DNA of 62,988 nucleotides, the filler included, from Octopus bimaculoides (Eukaryota), in the NCBI RefSeq assembly GCF_001194135.2. It is 7 parts of 6 records of this genome, joined end to end, with 100 filler letters (N's around TTAATTAATTAA, not from the genome) between each part and the next. Parts side by side here need not be neighbours in the genome. Positions count along the whole stretch, not along the records: positions 53,477 to 61,556 come from NC_068982.1; positions 61,657 to 62,988 come from NW_026372736.1; 5 more parts are not named here. One strand, written 5' to 3'. Below the pieces are notes generated by a model. The model saw only the letters and a program-made list of their open reading frames with translations, did no database searches and was not told the origin of the DNA. Made by a program: the position numbers and the translations under genes. Numbering within the stretch: the stretch's first letter is position 1; each line of letters begins with the position of its first letter. Shown here one piece after another: positions 53,880 through 62,988 of the stretch.

Positions 53880-55430
53880 GTGTATATGTGTGGCCAAAGA
53901 ATGAAACAATCATCCAGGTAGCATTTCCTGTTTGGTGAGTAAGTATTTTTGGAAGTTGTCTCCAAATTTCAGTTTAGCATGCTCGTATATTTGGACTTCC
54001 AAGTATGCCAAGACAAGGTTGGCAAAAGTAGGGGCTACCCTCGTTACTGTCACTGTGCCCAATTTTTGTCTATAAGTGTTCTTATTGAAGTTGAAGAAGT
54101 TGTTCTGTAGGATGAATTTTATTCCTTCAATAATGAATTCTTTTCCAATTCAGTCAGGAATGTCATTTGGAATTTTTTCCAGCCAGTATTGTATGGCTAT
54201 TATGCCGTATTCATGAGGAATCAGGATGTAGAGGTTTATTACATCAAATGAAACCAGAAGGAAGTCCTTGCTGGTTTTGTTTGGGAGATGATTTAAAAAG
54301 TCCAGATCATCCCTTATAAAGCTCAGTATATGTTGGAGAATAGATTTAAGGAGGACGTCAATAGTTACTGAGTCTGTGTGTCTCGCATGCGGGACTGGCC
54401 ACAATTGGTCTCATTTTGAGATTTCTCGGGTGTGGAATATTTATGACTACAGAAGTTGATTTGTTGCAGGCTTTGTTTATGGGTTCACTTTTGTGGATTT
54501 TGGGGAGTCCATAAAAGTTGCTGGTTTTGCAGTCAAATCTAGTCAAGTAATCTCTCATTTTCCATTAAACTTTGTTGGAACTGGTGGTTAAGGGTAGAAA
54601 GTTTAGTTATCATCTTGGATTTAATGTAGTTATTGACTTTTTCGTAGTAGGTATTGTCTTGAAGGAGGATTAAAGTAGTGTTTATGTATTTTTCTGAGTC
54701 CATGATTACTACAGCACTCCCTTTATCGCCTTCTTTTATAATTATATTATGATTCTCTTTGAGATCATTAATGATTTCCCATTCTTCTCAACTTGTATTT
54801 ATTTTAAAATTTTCAAGGTGGGAGTAAATTGAAGGGATAATTGGTACCAAATCACAAAAGTTATCCAGAGTTTGATTTCTTCCTTTTGTTAGACTGTAGT
54901 TACTCTTATTATGAAGTATTTCTTTATCAAACAGTTCTTCAGCGACTCAAAGTTTTCTGCTGAATTCCTGGATATCATTTTGTATATCATTTAGGTTCGG
55001 CCTTCATGGTGTTGGGGTGTATTTCACTCCTTTTGCAAGAATTTTGATTTGTTGGTTTGAAAGGGTTTTATGTGAGAGATTTATCACCTTCAGGATCTCC
55101 TATTTGTTTGGTGCAATCGAGTGTCCTGGTTTTGGCCCAGTTTGCCTACAAAATGGTCTCTTGGGTTTTGATATAAGGAATTAGTGCTCTTGTTGATTGT
55201 CTTTCCATTGACCCTTAGTCTATTGTGAGTTCTCCGTTGTGGTCAGTTCTCAGTGGAGTCGTCGTAATGGTTATATCTTGTTTGTATGAGGTGGTCATTG
55301 TAGAAAATTCCCGTAAGCAAACACTTAGACCAATGGCCTGTAAACATAAACCCAAAATATCAAATCTTCCCTCTCTATCAATGCACTGGAAACACATCAA
55401 CCCAATTCCGTCTAACTAAGGAAAGTATAC
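53880..55430 (-). mobile_element. Penelope-like retroelement RT relic
   Basis: FYGLPKIHK..MRPIVASPACETHRLS; LVSFDVINLY..IPHEYG; VAPTFANLVLAYLE; CYLDDCFILW. Truncated just after YLDD. The 5' boundary is approximate. Confidence 0.88.
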
Positions 55431-55622
55431 TCATTAAAAAATATTAACCACAGCTGAATATCCTTTAGAAAGAAGAAAAAACATTAAAAAGAAAAAGGAA
55501 AAACAACTCAATTTCTCCACAAAAAACAACCAGGTACAACAGACAATTTTTAAAAACTTTAGTAGCAGTCTTCCTCCTGGGTTTTGAAAATGCAAATCCA
55601 AATCATCATACAATAATACCAG

Positions 55623-55718
55623 ACAAACACCAGTTGCCGATGTCACCTAATTCTAGACCAATGAAATTTTACAAACACCAGTTGCTGATGTCACCTAACT
55701 CTAGACCAATGAAATTTT
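55623..55718. repeat. 48-bp tandem duplication upstream of the Penelope relic
   Basis: acaaacaccagttgc(c/t)gatgtcacctaa(t/c)tctagaccaatgaaatttt x2. Confidence 0.9.
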
Positions 55719-56254
55719 ACCTCTGATCAAAACCGAACTTCAGTAAATACAACGAAATGACCCTTTAAGAGAATCAACAAACTTGACAATCAGAAAAATA
55801 AGACATCACCAGTACTTTAATGAATCAAAAATCAGATCTGTTTGCAGAAAAAATTATAAGCGAAAGTTCCTGCACATGATGGAAAGAGAATCACAGAAAC
55901 TGTAAACCAAATCCTTTTTTTTACTAACTTCATTTCTCCCTTGTTTTTCTCCCTCTTAACTTAGTATGACTGAAACTTTAATGATATTCATTTCTTGTCA
56001 ACCACTACTAACATTATTGAACTTTGTACATTTAAACAAGTTGATCAACAGTTTTTATATTATTGACTGTCATGAACATTTAAACTTGTCACATTGAAAC
56101 ATGTTTTTCTAATTCATAATCCTAAATTTTTACCACTGATAAACAAAAAATATGTGAATAAATTTATTTTAAAACAATTACAAGTTTTTCAAATTTAGGA
56201 GCATTTTCAACAACAAATTTGCCTATATTTTTTCCTGCATGGAAATACATCCAC

Positions 56255-57237
56255 TAAGTCATATTTATATATAGTAGAAAATGGGAAAATTGAATAAGGA
56301 GACAAATGCTCGGGATGTTGTTAAGCCATTTATATCTTGAAGTCTTCTACATATATGTTTAAAGGGATTCACTCCAAAAATGCCTGACAGGATGAATTAT
56401 GGCTAGCAATGCATCAATCTCATCAGGAAGGACATAAATAACAAACTCATCAAACAGACATGTTAACGGAAATATAAAGTCCTATAAAATGTAACGTATA
56501 TTCATATGCACACACACGTGCACACACTCAAATCTCAAATATGTGACATGTAAATATAAACATTATATACATACAAAAAACACAAACATATACAAATACA
56601 TACATACACACGAATTAATATACATACACTTACACATAAAAATATATATATAAATATATACATAAATATAATATATGTTATATATAAACATATACATAAA
56701 TATCTACATATACATACACACAAATACACATACATATATATTCAAATACATAAATAGGCAGAAATATATTCATACACATATGCATACTTGTACATATTCT
56801 TGCGGCAATGACATAGAAACATACTTATGCTAAAATATACATTTATGATCACATACTTATACACATAAACAAACGATCATATGCATATACAAGAGCATAC
56901 ACATCCCAAAACATTGATAGATCCAAACACATAATTGTATAAACATACATACACTTACTTAAGCACATATACATAATTGTTCATTCATAAAATACTTATA
57001 TACAAACATTTTATAGGACTTTATATTTCTGTTAACATATCTGTTTAATGAGGTTGTTATTTATATCATTCCTGATGAGATTGATGCATTGCTGACCATA
57101 ATTTATCCTGTCAGAAATTTTTGGAGTGCATCCATTGAAACATATATATAGAAGACTTCAAGATATAAATGGTTTAACAACATCCTGAGCATTCGTCTCC
57201 TTATTCAATTTTTCTATTTTCTACTAAATATGACTTA
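56255..57237. repeat. Inverted repeat, ~240-bp arms around a ~500-bp CA/TA-rich spacer
   Basis: 56255-56500 pairs with 56999-57237 (e.g. taagtcatattta / taaatatgactta; gaagtcttcta / tagaagacttc). Confidence 0.85.
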
Positions 57238-57323
57238 CTATCCTGGAATTAAATCCTGGGACACTTAAGCAACATTTAACTACCTTCTAATTATTCTCCT
57301 GGATTTTTCCTATAAATTGTAAA

Positions 57324-57388
<65 letters not shown>

Positions 57389-57874
57389 TATACATATATA
57401 TATTTACATATATATGAATGTATAAAAATTTATACATGGAAAGAAAACCACTAAGTGGTCTTCTTACATGCAAAAAAGGGCAGTCAAAATCCCAAACCAT
57501 GCAAAACATTCTTATTTAAAGCTGTTTGATTGTAAGTGAGGACAACTTGAGAGAATTAAAATATCAGTTAATGCTATACTCTGGAGTTTCACCATTAATG
57601 ATTAAATAAATCAATTAATTAATTAATTAACTGATTAATCGACCATCCGTGGATCTTCAGTAGAATCGCTGAACATATATAAATCTAAAACTCGAATACG
57701 TACCGTAAACAGAGGAAAACACATGCATACTTAGTTTCATCTTTATACATCAAATCAAAATGTCCACATTCAACGTGCCAAGCCAGAATAGTACAGCAGA
57801 GACTGAATTCAACAGTGAATTATCTGACCCAAGGATCAAAATATTTAAATGTTTAAATATAAGGGTAAAAATTA

Positions 57875-60184
57875 CACTGGTCAACAAGTATTTCTCATCA
57901 AACATATGTCAAGGTGTAGTTTTTAATGCTGATTTCAAATATGCAATTAGTTTTTTGACATCACATAGAGTTTTCAAGATGAGAAATTTTTTTGACTTTA
58001 GTTCATGCATTATATAGAAATTCCAATTGATGATGTGTATGCATGTATTTCATTTACATCATGGAAACATCTTTAAAATAAACTACATTATTCATTGCTG
58101 CATAGCTGAGATGTAATATTTCATCTTAAATTAACCAATCAAGCATTGTCTGATGAAATAAGTATTTCAACATCTCAAATTGTCCAGTCATGATTGGTCT
58201 GATGAAATATTTCATCTCAAATTCAGTATAAGTATAACCATTTGTATCTATTTCCTTACTTGTTTTACAGTGTTAATAATGTCAAGACAGTGTAGAAATC
58301 ATCTTGATGTGTTTTGTTATGTCTGTAGACAGTTTATTGTGAAAGCTCAAAAACGTACAATAACACTAGAGATCAAGAAGATTTATAAGCTATACTTTGA
58401 CTGATCAGGACAAGTTATGGGCACCACATTTTTTCTGCTCAACTTGTTCAAATGGCTCAATAAGAAGAGGAAATCCATGCCTTTTGCCATTCCAGTGATA
58501 TGGAGGGAGCCAAAAAAACATTTTAATGACTGTTATTTTTGCAAAATAATGGCACAGGATTTTCTATGAAGAATAAACACAAAATTGTGTATCCCAAATT
58601 GGATTCTGCAATGAGACCTGTACCTCAATGGAATTCTGCCAATTCCAGTTGCACCAGATGAGGGTATTGAAACATCAGATGATGATGCTGACTATCACAA
58701 CAGTGCTGCCGAGGAAGATTATGTGGTTGATGACGACAGCTTTAAACCGCAGAAATTTTCCCAAGCTGAATTGAATGACCTTGTCAGTGACTTATCCCTC
58801 TCAAAAGATAAATCAGAACTGTTGGCATCAAGACTGCAGAAGTATCTGTTAGAGCATGGTGTTCTTATAACTTATTTTCAGCAGAGAAATGTGGTGCTAC
58901 AAACGTGTTTTTCTGTTGAAAGCCTCCTTTGCTTTTGCAGTAACATTGATGGACTTTTTGAATGTTTATCACAAAATTATGATTCTGCAAAGTGGCGTTT
59001 GTCTTCAAAACGAAGTTTAAAAGCTGTACTTCCCCATAATGGTAATTTGAAGCTCTTCATTACTATTACACACTCTGTTCATCTTCATGAATCATATAAG
59101 AATATGAAACTTTTACTTCATGCCATTGCCATGGAAAATATGTGGATATTTAAAAGTCATTGGAATGTTAATGGGAATGCAGTCAGGCTTCACAAAATAC
59201 TGTTGTTTTTGTGTTTGTGGGATAGTTGGGCAACTGACAGACATTACCTGGAATCAAACTGGTAGACAAGAACATCATACCAGCTAGGACTGTCAAGCAT
59301 CAAGAACACACCTCTTGCAGATCCATGTAATACCCTATTGCCTCCCTTGCACATAAAGCTTGGACTGATGAAACAGTTAGTAATGACACTAGGGAAGAGA
59401 AATGCCAGAGGGTTTGAGTATACTGTAGAAAAGTTTCCCAAAATCACACAGGCAAAGTTGAAAGTGGGTATCTTTGTCAGACCCCAAATTAGAGAAGTAC
59501 TCAAACATGTCAACTTCAAGACAATACTGGATGAACTGGAACTGCCTGCCTGGAATGCTTTCAATTGTATCTGGGACAATTTCTTGGGCAACAAGAAGGC
59601 AATGGACTACAAAGATAGCATCAAGAATCTAAAATGTTACTCAGCAATGGGTTGTTGCATGTGACTGAAAGTTCACTTCTTGGACTCCCATCTGGATTTC
59701 TTCGCATATAATCTTGGAGCAGTGTCTGATGAACATGATGAAAGATTTCACCAGGACATTAGTGCTATAGAGAAATGGTACCAAGACTTCTGGAATGACA
59801 GTATGCTGGCTGACTACTACTGGACACTTTGCCATGATCAACCAGATTAAGAACATCGCAGGGAATCCAAATACAATGTTTCTCACTCTGTTATTCTAAC
59901 TTTGTTTTGTCTGATCCATTTTTTGTGTATCTACTCTTTGTAGAATTTTTAGTGATGATTTTTAACTCAATAAACTCATTTACTTTTGAAAATAATATGT
60001 CCCTATTTATTACAATACTAATTTCATATATACAAATATGTAAATATTTGCATGTATCTACTTAAAAACTGATATGTGTTGCATACAAATCGAGTGAAAT
60101 TTTGAAATCAACATGAAAAATTAGTCTAAAAATGTTGGTTTGCATTCAAAATGAGTATAATATATTTAATTTTGTTGACCAGTG
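57875..60184 (+). mobile_element. Chapaev3-type DNA transposon, 2310 bp, decayed
   Basis: Perfect 13-bp TIRs CACTGGTCAACAA / TTGTTGACCAGTG and a 3-bp TTA duplication (57872-74, 60185-87). CAC..GTG ends with a TWA TSD are what I recall for Chapaev3. Confidence 0.85.
58279..59860 (+). pseudogene. Chapaev-type transposase pseudogene (stops and frameshifts)
   Basis: MSRQCRNHLDVFCYVC..DQDKLWAPHFFCSTC..MPFAIPVIWREPK..DCYFC (Cys-rich N-terminal domain) ...LPPLHIKLGLMKQ...GIFVRPQI...VHFLDSHLDFF..NLGAVSDEHDERFHQDI...MLADYYW. Confidence 0.88.
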
Positions 60185-60801
60185 TTATTAAAATAATAAT
60201 TTATATCTGGTATAAATTATTATTTTAATAATTTTTATCCTTATATTTATATATTTAAATATTTTAATTCTTGGGTCTGACAATTCACTGTTGAATTTAT
60301 TCACTGCTGTACTATTCTGGCTCAGCATGTTGATTGTGGACATTTTGACTGGAATTTCTGATGTATAAAGATGAAACTAAGTACACGTTTTTCTTTGTGC
60401 TTTTGGTACGTATTTGAGTTTTAGATTTATATACGTTCAGTGATTCTACTGAAGATCCACAGATGGTTGATCAATCAGTTAATTAATTAATTGATCGATT
60501 TATTTAATCATTAATAGCGAAACCTCAGAGTATAGAATTAACTGATATTTTAATTTTTTCAATTTGTCCTCCTCACTTACAATGACAGTGCTCTAAATAA
60601 GATTGTTTTCGTGGTCTGGAATTTTCACTGCCCTTTTCAGCATATAAGAAGACTACTTTGTGGTCTTCCCTCCATGTATAATTTTTTATACACTCATATA
60701 TATTATAAAAATATTTATGTCTACAGACTTTTTTAAAGCATACTAACCACTGGTATAAATTATTACTTTAATAATTTTTACCCTTATATTTATATATTTA
60801 T

Positions 60802-60847
<46 letters not shown>

Positions 60848-61199
60848 TTACATATATATACACAGATATTTACATACATACACATATATATACATACACA
60901 TATTTCTTTATATATATTTATATGTATACATATACATATATTTATATATATATATGTATACATATACATATATATACTTATATATATATATATATATGTA
61001 TACATATACATAAATATATATATAGAGTTTATGAGAGGTAACTCTTTACTTGTTTCAGTCATTTGACTATGGCCATGCTGAAGCACTGCCTTTAGTCGAG
61101 TAAATCGACCCCAGGACCTATTCTATCATTCTCTTTTGCAGAACTGCTAAGTTACAGGGATGTAAACACACCAGCATCGGTTGTCAAACACAAGCATAT

Positions 61200-61229
<30 letters not shown>

Positions 61230-61231
<2 letters not shown>

Positions 61232-61556
61232 CATAAATATATAGGGATTAGCATGAGTTGCTTCACCAACATACTGAAAATTTAGAAATAGCAGTCAAAG
61301 AACGACTGATTGTAAACTACAATTTTTTCTCTAATGGATGGCGATATTTATGGCAAATCCGTTAGAGAAAAAATGGTAGTTTAGAATCAGTTGTTCTTTG
61401 ACTGATATTTCTAAATTTTCAGTATGTTGGTGAAGCAACTCATGCTGACCCCTATATATTTATGATAATAAATGGTTTTACCGATAAAGGTTTTTTTTCA
61501 TACTGAACTACTTGGCAAAATTGTTAATTATTAATTTTATTACTAATTGGCAATAC
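61230..61556. repeat. Hairpin element (~110-bp stem, 17-nt loop); second copy at 51462-51666
   Basis: 61230-61339 pairs with 61357-61466, loop ggcgatatttatggcaa. The same arm and loop occur at 51462-51666. Confidence 0.85.
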
Positions 61557-61957
61557 NNNNNNNNNNNNNNNNNNNNNNNNNNNNNNNNNNNNNNNNNNNN
61601 TTAATTAATTAANNNNNNNNNNNNNNNNNNNNNNNNNNNNNNNNNNNNNNNNNNNNTCCCTTTGTCGCCAGCAGGGGTAAGAGCTCTCTAAACTTGGCCC
61701 AGGCTAGAAGGAATATAATAAATATCCTGGAAACACCTGTAAGACCTATTTATAAATGTTCTATAATACACACAGCCTTGGTTTATTATCTCATTACGAA
61801 AAATAAATCCTTATATTCACATGCTGATATATGACCTGCATTGGACCTCTTATTCGCATAATCACCGAACCTGGAGCTTAACTATGGTCTATCCACAGTA
61901 CTTACTCAGCATTACCTGAAATCTCTGGGTCTATTTGACACCACAATCACTCATAAC

Positions 61958-61998
<41 letters not shown>

Positions 61999-62073
61999 GG
62001 TTATGAGCTTCTATTTATAAATGTTCTATAATGCACACAGTCTTGGTTTTTTATCTCATTACAAAAAATAAAT

Positions 62074-62138
<65 letters not shown>

Positions 62139-62489
62139 ATGCATACATATATAAAAATAACAACTACACATTAAGTACAGGACATCACCAACAAGCGAAA
62201 AACGTGTAACCACACGAGAAATAAGTGCAGGACAAAATACCAAACAATAAGAACAAGACATCAACAATGAGTGAAAAATACATAAACACATGATGAGAGA
62301 CAAGTATGGGACAAAATTCCAAAAGAAGTCTAACTCCTCCTCAGTTGTTTATTACTCCCTATTTCGAGCTTTCAACAAGACAGCAGCATCCAGAAATTTT
62401 TAAAATATAAAATTTGTGGAGAGATAGGGCTTCAAATGAACAAACAGCAACAGAGTAGACGTAGAGAGCAAACAATCAACGAAGACAAA

Positions 62490-62988
62490 CATTAAGGGCT
62501 GTTGTGATGGTAACGCCTGGAAGAAATTTTGAAAGGATATTGAATAAATAGAAGAGAAGAAAATAGTAGAAGGGAAAAAATGTTGGGAGGCAAGGGAAAT
62601 GATGTCCAGCTAGGTAGATGTTGCGTCCAAAAAAGACAGAGGTGAAAGAAATGGCCTGTAGTTACGTGGGAGCAAACAGGCAAAGAGGATGGGAGACAAG
62701 AAAGAGAAGACAAGGGAAAGAAACAAAGAGAGTGAGGAGAAGAGAGAAGGTAGCTCCCCGATTTCGAGAAGAATTTCGAGACCGGGAACCGCTACGAGAT
62801 CGGGAACCACCACGAGATCTCGAGCGGCAGAGGTTATCTATGGAGCGAGTGAGCTCCTGAATGCTACGTTGCAAATCCTCATTTGACACTGAAGAGGACT
62901 GCCTTGAAAAATCTACCGAAACAGCACGGGGAATGTCTGTTGAGGACTCAGAGCAATTTGAAACAATTCGAGAAGGGATCACTGAAAA
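62490..62988 (-). mobile_element. Possible retroelement gag/ORF1-like relic (coiled coil followed by RS-rich tract)
   Basis: NEDLQRSIQELTRSIDNLCRSRSRGGSRSRSGSRSRNSSRNRG; no diagnostic zinc knuckle seen; runs off the window end. Confidence 0.3.

Larger units (their letters stand above)
57410..60702. repeat. ~1-kb fold-back (palindromic) host element with ~490-bp arms, interrupted by the Chapaev insertion
   Basis: 57410-57874 (+60188-60205) is the reverse complement of 60211-60702 with scattered substitutions. Apex at 60206-60210. Confidence 0.85.

Noticed and set aside
57625-57665. Hammerhead-like CTGAAGA..cca-cgga-tgg on the palindrome arms; also CTGATGA at 57073 and 40138
   Set aside because: No correctly placed GAAA and NUH site and no stem I.
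61745-62070. ~70-bp direct repeat (61745-61812 / 62010-62077)
   Set aside because: Too short and without TG..CA ends or a TSD to call a solo LTR or element boundary.
42-62303. Dozens of ORFs made of YI/CV/HT dipeptides or spanning X runs
   Set aside because: They are translations of (TA)n/(CA)n/(TACA)n microsatellites and N gaps.

Overview
AT-rich, microsatellite-laden animal genomic DNA with roughly 10 kb of N gaps. The SINE families and repeat landscape point to an Octopus draft assembly (inference). The only host gene I can support is the last two coding exons (43059-43277, 46037-46354, + strand) of an SLC25A34/35-type mitochondrial carrier; its N-terminal exon(s) are not visible. The rest is transposon debris: at least five SINE families; LINE relics (Tx1/L1, CR1-like, RTE, Jockey/I-group, Penelope); mariner and maT (DD37D) relics; and a full-length but decayed Chapaev3-type DNA transposon (TTA TSD, CAC...GTG termini) inserted near the apex of a ~1-kb palindrome. 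The most striking observation is a short repeat family at three loci (four partial or whole copies) that joins a tRNA-like Pol III head and an (AAT)n spacer to a minimal hammerhead-ribozyme motif with a loopless palindromic stem III. Every locus has an inverted partner segment, suggesting a Penelope-mobilised, retrozyme/Sm-alpha-like 'ribozyme SINE'. Many long fold-back structures are present, two of them flanking the SLC25A35 exons. Six 'N44-TTAATTAATTAA-N44' blocks are artificial scaffold linkers.
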